From positions 1,152,001 to 1,216,000 of the forward strand of contig OY969926.1 in NCBI GenBank assembly GCA_963704645.1: 64,000 nt of DNA. Reading direction: 5' to 3'. This document shows positions 49,439 through 60,000 of this stretch, one piece after another. The notes under the pieces are model-generated. The model saw nothing but the letters and a program-made list of their open reading frames with translations, searched no databases and was not told the DNA's origin. Source of the DNA: an uncultured bacterium. GTDB taxonomy: Bacteria > Patescibacteriota > JACMRA01. The translations under genes were made by a program, and so were the position numbers. Each line of letters starts with the position of its first letter. Position 1 is the stretch's first letter.

Positions 49439-49924
49439 CTATATTTTATACATTGTCATTCTTGTATCCAACCACCTTTGGTTATGGTTGCTAAAGAAAA
49501 TGGAGGTGTTGTCTTTTCCACACTCAAAAACATTTCCACCAGAATGTGTATCTTTCAATTTAGTTACATTATACTTTTGATCCTTAATTGTAATAATACA
49601 GTCATTGGAGTTGCTTGGAGTTGCTGCAACTTCATTTTTAGTATCAGAAGAATTATTAGTTGTAGTTGGACTGGTTGCAGGTTGCGAATTAGTTGCGTTA
49701 GTGGTTGTACTAGATGTTATTGTTGAGCTTGTATTTGTAGTGCTTGCAGGAACATTTTCGTTGCTACTTACATTTTTAGAAGCTAATTCTTGTGTAGTTT
49801 TTGAAATGTTTGATGTATTGTTATTCTGACTATTAGAAAAAAAGTAAAACCCGAAAGCAGAAACTATTATTATGCCTACTACTATACTAATAATTAATGG
49901 TGTTTTGTTGTTTGAGTTATTCAT
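49439..49924 (-). CDS. Membrane-anchored cytochrome b5-like protein with Ser/Thr linker
   Basis: DCIITI...YNVT...HSGG...CGKD...H. Confidence 0.8.
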   Translation of the reverse strand: MNNSNNKTPLIISIVVGIIIVSAFGFYFFSNSQNNNTSNISKTTQELASKNVSSNENVPASTTNTSSTITSSTTTNATNSQPATSPTTTNNSSDTKNEVAATPSNSNDCIITIKDQKYNVTKLKDTHSGGNVFECGKDNTSIFFSNHNQRWLDTRMTMYKI

Positions 49925-50319
49925 ATATTAATAATTAATTGTACCTAAAGAAATTTACCTTAACAAATTGGCGAGGTTATTTCCTCATTAAATAGTAAGT
50001 TTTAGCTTAATTCACATTGTAAAAGGATGCTTACCACTTAATAATATCAAGCTTAAAAAGCAATTGACATGTTGGCAAATTAAACTTTTATATATTGCAA
50101 GACTAACTTCTATATTATTTATACCTACCATTAATTTTATAGAAACTGTCTTTCCCCTTTCGCCCACTTTGTTTAAGAGTGCGGCTTTTTTAATGTGTAT
50201 AATAATTTTAACGAGGCGGATATTAGATTTTAGCAACATTGATAGTATGCTCATTTACTTAACTACTTTAGCCAAAAATAAATTTGACATGTTGGATGTA
50301 AGTCACTACTGGTTATAAT

Positions 50320-51771
50320 ATGAACGTAAATAATTTTGGAAACAAATTTCACCAAATAATTAAACTGAGCATTGTGTTTTTATTGTCCACATTTGCTTTT
50401 AGTTTTTCAGTATTTCCAGTAAAAGCAGTTACCGCAACTATAGATTACAGCAATTTAGGCGACGCAAGTTGTTATTACACAGAAGGCAATGAGGCAGGTG
50501 CTTTAATTTATTGTGTATTTCCCCTAACTGGAGCAGATAGTTATGCTATGCCAAACAGCATTGTTGTATCTTTAGCTGGAAGCAACGCTACAAGTAGCAG
50601 CTGTTTTATATTAAACAATAGTTTGTACTGCAACTCTATACCAACAGCTGGCATTTCCAGTTCCGGCCAGAAAAATATTAATGTTGTAATAAATAATAGT
50701 GGCAATGCTACAAAAGGCTTCGCTAATATTTTAGCTCCATTTGGTCCATGGACACCAAGTACAATGACAACCAACAATGCGATTGAACAAATATATTTTT
50801 CTGGAACTAATAAACTTTACCAGTCAGTTCGTGGCTTAGATAACAAGCTCTATACTAGATCTGCTGAAGGTACGGATAGTTTTTCTAGTTGGAACATTGG
50901 AACCACAGGAATAACCATAAAAGCCGAGCCAAGCATGGTAGTTTTTAACAACTTACTTTACCAGTCAGTTTGGGGAACAGATAACCTTAGCTATACAAGA
51001 TATTTTGACGGAACAACATGGACTGGTTGGAGAGAAGGAAATGGAATTACTTTAAAAAGTAAACCTTCTTTAGCAGTTTTTGATGGAAAAGTTTGGTTAG
51101 TTGGGCACGGTACAGATGACAGACTTTATACAAGAACTATTCTAAGCGACAATGTAACTTGGGGAAATTGGGTGGAAGGAAATGGAATTACTTTAAAAAC
51201 TGAAGCTATTTTAGCAGTTGCTCAAGACGGGCTTTTATACCAAGTGGGTTACGGAACAGATAATGCAATTTATGTTAGAACTTACGCATCAGGTGGAACA
51301 AGTCCAAATTACCAAACAACTCCAACTGCTTGGCTTAGACACGGAGACATTACTCTTGGAAACAAGCCTAGACTGGTCACAAATTTTGGAAACAAAGTAA
51401 TTGCCGTAGCCCGTGGTACCGATAGCGGTTTGTATATTACTACAGATTTAAGTTCTACACCAAATTGGCAAAGACTAAGTAAAGCAGGTGGCTTCAACGT
51501 TTTATCTAGCCCGGACGCTATTGTTTTTTCTGGAATATTAAATATTTCTACACGTGGATCGGATACTAATTTATATACCGCATTAAACCCGTACAACCCA
51601 ACTACAACCCTAAATTCAATTTTAGCTGGTTTCCAACCTTCTAATAACCCATGGAAAAACGCAGATGGAATTACAACCATAAGCAGCCCAACCAGCACAA
51701 TTTTTGGCAATAAAGTATACCAAACAGTAGCAGGCTCCGACAACAAAGTATGGACCAGAATTAGAGTGTAA
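50320..51771 (+). CDS. Secreted beta-propeller lectin-like (PLL-type) protein
   Basis: Signal peptide; repeats P....F...LYQ.V.G.DN.LY.R....W..W. Confidence 0.7.
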   Translation: MNVNNFGNKFHQIIKLSIVFLLSTFAFSFSVFPVKAVTATIDYSNLGDASCYYTEGNEAGALIYCVFPLTGADSYAMPNSIVVSLAGSNATSSSCFILNNSLYCNSIPTAGISSSGQKNINVVINNSGNATKGFANILAPFGPWTPSTMTTNNAIEQIYFSGTNKLYQSVRGLDNKLYTRSAEGTDSFSSWNIGTTGITIKAEPSMVVFNNLLYQSVWGTDNLSYTRYFDGTTWTGWREGNGITLKSKPSLAVFDGKVWLVGHGTDDRLYTRTILSDNVTWGNWVEGNGITLKTEAILAVAQDGLLYQVGYGTDNAIYVRTYASGGTSPNYQTTPTAWLRHGDITLGNKPRLVTNFGNKVIAVARGTDSGLYITTDLSSTPNWQRLSKAGGFNVLSSPDAIVFSGILNISTRGSDTNLYTALNPYNPTTTLNSILAGFQPSNNPWKNADGITTISSPTSTIFGNKVYQTVAGSDNKVWTRIRV

Positions 51772-51775
51772 TGTT

Positions 51776-51919
51776 GTAGAGGCGAGCCCGTCTCGCCACC
51801 CAAAATACAATTGAGAAATTTCGTAGGGGCGATCCCCGGTCGCCTTCCCCAGCCACAATACGTTTTAAACATAAAAATACAAAATCATAAAAACATGTAG
51901 AGGAAAGCTCCTGTTTTCC
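51776..51919 (+). repeat. Three tandem REP-like elements
   Basis: GTAG-A-GGCGAG-CCCGT-CTCGCC (51776), GTAG-G-GGCGAT-CCCCG-GTCGCC (51823), GTAG-A-GGAAAGC-TCCT-GTTTTCC (51897). Confidence 0.85.
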
Positions 51920-52057
51920 ATTTATCACTGGAATTATAGAATTTTTCAATATACAAGGGGAATTCTTGCTGTTTCAACTGGATATAATTTTAAAATTTAT
52001 GCCCAATAATAGAGCCCTCTGTTACCAGAGGGAATGTTTGTAATATTTTATATGACA

Positions 52058-52450
52058 CTACTGTAAGATAGTAAAACTAAAGAACGGCGCAACAAATTTA
52101 TTGTACCAAGCCAAAGTTGGAGCAACTCGACAGTTTTCAATATCAATTACAATATACCCATTTTCTTCAGCATCTGTGAACGCATCTTTTCCACTGGTCT
52201 GAACGGCAACATATGCAATCCAGCTAGAGCGTTGTTCAGCTATATCTACTGGGTAATCTTGCTCTTGACTTGTCAAAACTGACCATTCTCCGCGGTGAAT
52301 TGCCTGCTGTATAAAATACTGAGACAATTGTGCAATCACACCTGAACCAGTTGCAGCAACAAACCAAGAAAGCCCTTCCTGACTAAGTGATTCCATTGGG
52401 ATTTGAGCCTCAGGATGTAACATTAAGCCATCATATTCTCCAGCGTTCAT
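52058..52450 (-). CDS. Orphan hypothetical protein
   Basis: 130-aa ORF; downstream CCCTCTG/CAGAGGG hairpin at about 52015-52032. Confidence 0.6.
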   Translation of the reverse strand: MNAGEYDGLMLHPEAQIPMESLSQEGLSWFVAATGSGVIAQLSQYFIQQAIHRGEWSVLTSQEQDYPVDIAEQRSSWIAYVAVQTSGKDAFTDAEENGYIVIDIENCRVAPTLAWYNKFVAPFFSFTILQ

Positions 52451-52597
52451 ATTTTCTCGAACGTTTTTAGTTTAAAATGTAGCAGTATTTTGCTAATTCC
52501 TAGTTAAGCATAAAAAAACCTAATACACAAGTGTTGACCTAATGGACTATTGTTAGACTTTGTCATAATTAGCACTATTTATTTTTTTACACCACCC

Positions 52598-53047
52598 CTA
52601 CCCCAAATAATATTCCAAGATAGTCTTAGCCGACAAAGCATGTAAAGAATTCGAAGCAATTTTTTTGGCAGGTGATGTAATTCCCCTACTTGGCCTAAGT
52701 CCTATACTACTTTTACTGGAAGTTACCTCCGGTTTAAAACCCAACAAACTTTGCTGACTGCTTGAACGTTCGTTAAACAAAACTACTTCAATTTCTGGAT
52801 AATCTGAACTAAGTTTTCTAGCAAAAGACTCTACTTTGTCTGTTATTTCTGTTGGTTGAAGTTTAAAATTTACTGGCCTTCCTACAACAAACTTACTTAC
52901 TTGGTATTTCAACAATAACTCTTTTAATTCCGAATAAAAATCTTTTTCTAAAACTGATTTATAAGGAATTGCTAATTTGGTTTGTGAATCTGCTATGGCA
53001 ATACCAACCCATTTACTTCCCCAATCTATACCAACTAAATTAAACAT
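52598..53047 (-). CDS. ruvX: YqgF/RuvX family nuclease
   Basis: VGIDWGSKWVGIAIAD, FVVGRP, NERSSS, A..IL..YL. Confidence 0.88.
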   Translation of the reverse strand: MFNLVGIDWGSKWVGIAIADSQTKLAIPYKSVLEKDFYSELKELLLKYQVSKFVVGRPVNFKLQPTEITDKVESFARKLSSDYPEIEVVLFNERSSSQQSLLGFKPEVTSSKSSIGLRPSRGITSPAKKIASNSLHALSAKTILEYYLG

Positions 53048-53136
53048 AAAAAAAAATTAATTGAAAATGATGATTCTAAATGCTTAACTAGATCAATACC
53101 CCTGATAAGGGGTGAAACCGATAGGCCTCGAGGTAG

Positions 53137-53167
53137 CAAAAGAAATCCTCTCAACAAAAAAGGACTT
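53137..53167 (-). terminator. Terminator after rpsF-rpsR
   Basis: AGTCCTTTT/GAGAGGATT stem followed by TCTTTT on the minus strand. Confidence 0.55.
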
Positions 53168-53168
53168 G

Positions 53169-53759
53169 TTAGTCCATGTATTTTGGTGTGAAAGGCATTA
53201 AAGCCATGTGTCTGGCACGCTTAATTGCTACAGTAATTTTTCTTTGGAATTTTGCTGAGTTTCCTGTTCTTGTTCTTCCAAAAATTTTAGCGTAAGGAGA
53301 AGTAAACTGGTTCAAGAAATCTACGTTTTTGTAATCTATAACACGTAAACCTAAGTATTTAGAAATATCTTTCTTTCCAGCTTTACCTTTGTTTAAATCA
53401 CGGTGTGATTGTACTTCGGCTTTCTCATTTCTAACTTCTTTAGATTGTTGCTTAATAAAATCGGTTTGGTTTACAATAATGTATCTAATTACTTCGTCTT
53501 GCAAGTTTAATTTTCTTTCAACTTCTTGTAATCTTGGTAAAACTTCTTTGTCTAAATCAAAATTAATTAATACGTAAAAACCAGATAAATGTTTTTCTAT
53601 AGGATAAGCTAAACGAGCTAAACCTTGCTTGGCTACAGTTAATTCGGAGGCTTGTAAACCTGTAGTCAAAAAATCTGTAAGAGTGTTAATTTGTGTATCA
53701 ACCTGTTCAACAGTAAGTTCAGGGTTAAGAACTAAATAAATTTCGTAATTTTGCTTCAT
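53169..53759 (-). CDS. rpsF-rpsR: Fused ribosomal proteins bS6-bS18
   Basis: N-terminal YEIYLVLNP...LAYPI...VIRYII (S6); C-terminal IDYKNV..L..F...KI..R.RTG..AK.QRKI..AIKRAR.MAL.PF (S18); single frame. Confidence 0.93.
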   Translation of the reverse strand: MKQNYEIYLVLNPELTVEQVDTQINTLTDFLTTGLQASELTVAKQGLARLAYPIEKHLSGFYVLINFDLDKEVLPRLQEVERKLNLQDEVIRYIIVNQTDFIKQQSKEVRNEKAEVQSHRDLNKGKAGKKDISKYLGLRVIDYKNVDFLNQFTSPYAKIFGRTRTGNSAKFQRKITVAIKRARHMALMPFTPKYMD

Positions 53760-54034
53760 ATTAAGACAAATGCTAATGTATTAAACATAGTTCAACCAAA
53801 GCTTTTTTGTCAAGAAGATCTTGCAAGGAGGTTACATTGGGTTGGCTGGTAAAAATGACAGTGTGCAAAAATGCACTATCTTAATGTTACCGTTTTGTTA
53901 ATTTATAATTATCTACCAACCCTTTATTAACCACCATTCAACCTATCAAATGGTAAATTATAATATATAGATCATTAGAGGATTGATTTTTTAGAGTAAT
54001 CTAATTTTTAATCTCTAAACCAAATTCCTCTATT

Positions 54035-57000
54035 TTATATATCCAACTCAATTTTCTTTTTCTTGCTCTGTCTATACAAAAATACTATCATGACAACCAA
54101 GACACTTAAACCAACTTGTGCAGCTGTTTCACCACCCGTTCTAACAAGAATGTTTTGGGGAGGTACATTAGGAGTAATTTCAACCCTAGCACTGGTCGAG
54201 GCAATAGACTGATTAGTAATAGGATCTATAATGTCAGATGTTCCTTGAATACTATTTTGCAGACTGGCTTTTGGTAATACATCAAATACAACAGGAATAG
54301 TTTGGCCAGCTTGGGCATTAAGGATAGTTATCTTTAGGCTAGAAGAAGACAAGACCTGGAAACTAACTGTTGTTGCTGGTAGTGTTTGAGCATTTGCAGG
54401 AATAGAGAATAGAGAAGCTAACATACTTCCACTACCCTCCAAGAAGCTAAGATACTTAGTACCAACTATACTTCCCTCTCTAGCTGAACCAGATACAAAG
54501 TCTAGTTTAGTAGTATCTATGTTAATTATAGTTTCAATCTTATCTACAACAAAGTTATTAGGGTTTGTAATATCCGCTTGAATTTTTAATGGCTGGTTAA
54601 GCAGAATGTTTGCATCTTGTTTTTCTTTGTAGAGAGTTAACTGTATATTTTGAATTATCACTGGCAAAGCATTAACAGTTAAGTTAACAGTAGCAGTATT
54701 GCTTTCTCCGTCATTGTTACAAGCCTTGTATACAAACGAATCTGAACCAGTGAAGTTATTAGCTGGAGTATAGATAATTTTGCCATTTTGAATAACCAAA
54801 CTTCCTCCTGCAGTAGATTGTGATGCTGTAGGTGTTCCTCCATCTGCTGTGCTAAACAGTGAGTCAGCACAAATACTGGTAGCTAGCGTGTCGTTAGCTA
54901 GAACGTCAATAGTTGTTGGTGAATTAATGTCTAAGGTAGCAGCGTCATTAGTTGCTGCAGGCAGTAGCAAGGTTACAGTAATATTTACAGTAGCTTCGTT
55001 AGAGAAGTCTCCTTGGTTATCTTTAATCTTGTAGGTAAAGAAGTCAGTACTGCTTTCAGTGTATGAAGATGAAGTTGGGGTGTAAGTAACTTTTCCAAAA
55101 TCAGGACTACCAACTTCAGTGTTAACGCTAACTGTTCCTTTAGTTGGTTGAGTAACTATTATTACACTACCAAGGTCAAGAGTACCGTCGCCGTCTGTAT
55201 CGTTAGCAGCAACTTCTACCACTAGTACAGAGTATTTACCTCCACTAGCAGCGTCGTTATTAGCAACTGGTAACTGATTTGCTGGAGGAACAGTAATATT
55301 AATTGTAGCTGTAGCTGTGTTAGAAGAATGATTCTGTGTATCTCTAATAATGTAAGTGAAAGAGTCGGTCCCACTTACTGGGTAGGAAGATGAAGTTGGA
55401 GTGTAGGTTACTTTCCCTTCGTTAGGGTCACCTACTGCTGTGTTAACGCTAACTGTACCTTTAGTTGGCTGGGTAACTATTGTTACACTACCAAGGTCAA
55501 GAGGAGCAGAAGTAGCAGTATCGTTAGCCGCAACGTTAAGAACTGTAGTGCTGGAAACTAAGCCTGAGGCAGTGTCCGAATTAGCTACAGGGTCTACAAC
55601 TACATTAACCGTAACGGTAGCTTCGTTTGAAAAGTCTCCATCATTATCTTTAATTCTATAGGTGAAAGTGTCGGTGCCGTTTGCTATAAACAAAGCTGTG
55701 TTGGCTGTGTAGGTAATTCTTCCTGTAGTAGGGTTTACACTTACAGTTCCTTTAGCTGGGTTTTCTACAATAGCAACGGTGGTTAAGTCTAAAGAGCCAT
55801 CACTGTCTATATCATTAGCTGGAGAATTAATAACTACAGGGAAATTAGAAACAGTAGATGCCAATTCAGGGTTAGCTACAGGAGCAATGTTTGGTATTAC
55901 AGTTACATCTACAGTAGCAGTATTACTTGGATTACCAGCAGGATCACAGGCTGTATAAGTAAAGCTAGTATTGCCAGAATATCCAGGGGTTGGAGTGAAG
56001 ATAATTTGTTCAACTGTACCTATTACAGTTTTAGCTATAGTGCCGTTTGAATTGCTTACTGAAGATAGTGGCATGCAGATAGCAAGGTCTTGAGCAGAAG
56101 GATCACTATCGTTAGCTAGAACATCAATGGTTACAGAATTGTTTTGATCAGTGGTTACGGTATCGTTTACAGCTACTGGGTTTACTGGGGTTACAGTAAT
56201 GGTAACTGTAGTTTCAGAAGAAGGATTGGTTCCTGCTACAGTGCTACAGGCTGTGTAGGTAAGGGTGATGTTTCCAGTGTAGCCAGCAATAGGACTAAAG
56301 AATACATTATCTACAGCACCACTGCCACTTCCTACAGTTACAATTGTAGCGCTACCATTTGATGAAGTAGGAGAAGGAGACAAAGTGACTGGATCGATAA
56401 ACATGATCGAACCTGAGCAGATGTTAGTTGTATTAATGTCGTTAGTTAAAACAGGAATAGTAACTGATGTGAACTCTGGGGTAATTGCGGTGTCTGGTAT
56501 GGCTTCAGGCTGGTTTGGATTAATGGTTATGCTAGCTGTAGCAAAGCTGCTACTTCCATTTGGATTACAAGTTTTGTAAGTAAAAGAGTCAGAGCCTACA
56601 GAACTACTGTCTGGAGTGTAAGTAAAGCTTCTTTTATCTGCACTTAAAGTTAATATTCCTTTAGCTGGAGATGTGAAGTTATCTGCTCCAAAGTCACAGA
56701 CTGTGCTAGCAGCTAGATCGTTAGTTAAAACATCAATTACTACAGGTACTCCCTGGTTAGTAGTAGCAGTGTCATTAGCGGCTACTGGTGTATACAGTAC
56801 AGTTACTGTGGCTGAGTTAGATTCTAAAGTAGGACTGCCACTATCTTTAATTGTGTAGCCAAAGGTATCACTGAAGGGTGAAACGAAGGCTATGTTTGAA
56901 TTTGCATTTGGGGTATAAGTAACTTTTCCAAAATCAGAACTTGTTGAGGTGGTGTTTACACTTACTGTACCAGTAGCTGGTTGGGTTGTAATTACAATAC

Positions 57001-60000
57001 TAGCCTTGTCCAAATTAGCGTTGCCTTCAGCGTCTGTGTCGTTAGCTGACACATCTACATCTGCTGGGTTAAAGGCAGGAAGGGTTATTGTATCATTTAC
57101 AGCTACTGGCGGGGTGTTGTTTACGGTAATGGTTACTGTAGTAGTGCTACTTTCTCCATCGATGTTACAAGCTTTATAGGTAAAGGTATCTGTTCCTGTG
57201 TAGTTATTGTTTGGAGTGTAGGTTATTTGATTACCTGAAATTATAGCAGTTCCGTTTGGAGTTGTGGCTGGAACCGAACCTGTACAGATTGAAGTTGCGT
57301 TAGTGTCGTTAGCTAGAACATCTATAACTATTGCACTGTTTGAGTTTAAGGTTCCCGAGTCAGGGTTGGCTATTGGTAAAACTACTGTGATGCTTATTGT
57401 GACAGTAGCAATATTGGAATAATCTCCATCATTATCTTTAATTTTGTAGGTGAAGGTATCACTGCCTGAAGAAGGATAGGAGGAAGGAGTTGGGGTGTAG
57501 GTTGCCTCTCCAGTAACTGGATTAATATTTACTGTTCCTTTAGTTGGGACAGTTTCAATTGTTACAGAGGTTAAATCTAAATTACCGTCTGAATCTGTAT
57601 CGTTGCCAGTGACGTTGATAACAATAGGATTGTTTTTACTACCATCTGACGTATCATCATTAGCCACAGGAGCAATGTTTGGTATTACAGTTACATCTAC
57701 AGTAGCAGTATTACTTGGATTACCAGCAGGATCACAGGCTGTATAAGTAAAGCTAGTATTGCCAGAATATCCAGGGGTTGGAGTGAAGATAATTTGTTCA
57801 ACTGTACCTATTACAGTTTTAGCTATACTTCCATTAGATGGTGAGGATAGAGGAATACAAATTGTAAGAACCTGAGCAGAAGGATCACTATCGTTAGCTA
57901 GAACATCAATGGTTACAGAATTGTTTTGATCAGTGGTTACGGTATCGTTTACAGCTACTGGGTTTACTGGGGTTACAGTAATGGTAACTGTAGTTTCAGA
58001 AGAAGGATTGGTTCCTGCTACAGTGCTACAGGCTGTGTAGGTAAATGAAGTAGTTCCAAAGTAGCCTATGGTTGGAGTGAATAGTATTTTATCTACTGTG
58101 CTACCAGCTGTGCCTGAAGGTACAATAGTAGCTATACCATTTGCAGCGTTAGAACCTAAGTTAATAGAACCAACGCAGATATTGGTTGCGTTAGCGTCGT
58201 TAGCTAAAACGTCTATAGTAATAGGTGTTGATTCTGGGGTGGTTGAGGTGTCCGGGGTTGGTTGTAAGTCTAGAATACAAGTGAAAGCATTTTCAAGTGA
58301 AGCCGACTGACCATTACTATTGGAAACACTTACTGTTTGGGATAAACCGTTACTTGGTAAAGTTGTTGCAGTTAGTTGACCAGAAGAAATATATGTACCT
58401 TTTAGCTCTACTCCGCAGACAGTTACTGAGATATCATTAGGATTAAAATTAGTGTAGAAGCCATCTTGATCTCCCTCAGAAGTTATAGTAATACCTCCAA
58501 TTCCAACAGTATCAAAATATTCACCAGCAATATATAATTTTCCATTATATTCATAAACTGCTCTAACTTGATTACCGCCTACCCCTCCAATTGCTAATCG
58601 TCCTCCAGTTCCACCAATTCCATTTAGCTGAACTAGATTACCAGATGTGTCGTATTGTGCAAAGAAAGCATTAGTTCCAGCTCCTGTTATTTTCTTAATA
58701 CCGTCAGTTAAAGCACTGCTATACCCTCCTCCAATCCATATTCTATCATTTGAGTCAATGAACAAATCTCTGGAAGTTCCAAAACCTGGACTTGGAAGAG
58801 ATTTAACCCATTGGAAAACTCCAGTAGAGGTTAGTTTAGCTGTAAACACTGTCGCCCCAGTAAGAGAACCATTAACATCAATAGTTCCAAACCTTCCTAC
58901 GCTACCTCCAAAATATCCTGTTACATAAACATTTTCCGCAGAGTCTAATTTTATTCCATACGGTAAATCAGTATTTAGATTTATAGGTCCTACAGTACCA
59001 CCATTAACAGCCCAAACTTCATTACCTGAACTATTCAATTTTAATATAGCTATGTTACTAGAAGAACCAGTTCCATTACTAAAGTTAGATAGAGAATTTA
59101 AAGTAGTAGAGCCAAATGTAATAGATTGAGTATAACCCATTGTAGTATAGACGTTACCATTGGAATCAACTGTTAGACCATGCATTTCGCCGTTATCTCC
59201 ATTTGTGTCACTGGGACTAAGCATTGCAGAATAAGGGTAATGTTTAACCCATATATAATCACCATTAGGGCTTAATTTAGCTATAAAGAATTCACCAAAA
59301 GATGATGCAATGTTAAAACTAAAGTTTCCGAAAGTTGCTGTGCTTCCACTAACTTTTCCAGAGAAATATATATTTCCAGCGTCATCTACGTCTACGTTAG
59401 TTCCATTTTGTACAGGGAATTCTGTTCCAACATTGAAAATAGTATTTGCAGTACCTCCTCCCCCTTTAGCCCAAATAAACTCACCTGTTGTTTTATTAAT
59501 TTTTGCTATAAATACGTTTGATCCAACACTTCCTGTTAAAGTAGTAGAACCAAAAGTAGCAGTGCCAGAATAGTACCCAGCCACAACAATTGCGTTATCG
59601 GCTTCGTCGTTGCCCATAGATTGCTTCCTTGTAAAACCGTCTCTTGTACTTCCTCCAGCTTTGGTGGCCCATAGATAATTTCCAGCGCTATCAATTTTAG
59701 CAATATAAATATCTTGCTCTCCGCTACTAACTAGGGTTGTGAATCCTAAAGTTATTGTTCCTGTAAATTCTCCAGAAACATATTGGCCTGTGCTATCAAC
59801 CACCATACCTCTTATACCATCATAGTTTGTAGAGCCAATACTACTAATATCTTGGTATTGCCCTTCAACAAAATTAGCACCATTTACAGTTACGTTAGTT
59901 CCACCAGAAGCAGGGCCGTAGGTAGGACTAACCGAGCTAATAGACGGATTAGGAGTCAGTGCAGATGTCCAGTTAGCATTAAAGCCAGATAAATCCAGGT

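Noticed and set aside
50012-50318. Two overlapping opposite-strand ORFs in the intergenic gap
   Set aside because: AT-rich, no motifs or start signals; more likely a divergent promoter region.
51309-51949. ORFs spanning the REP cluster (also 14465-14782)
   Set aside because: Antisense or overlapping shadows whose peptides (GRRPGIAPT, VARRARLY) are simply translated REPs.
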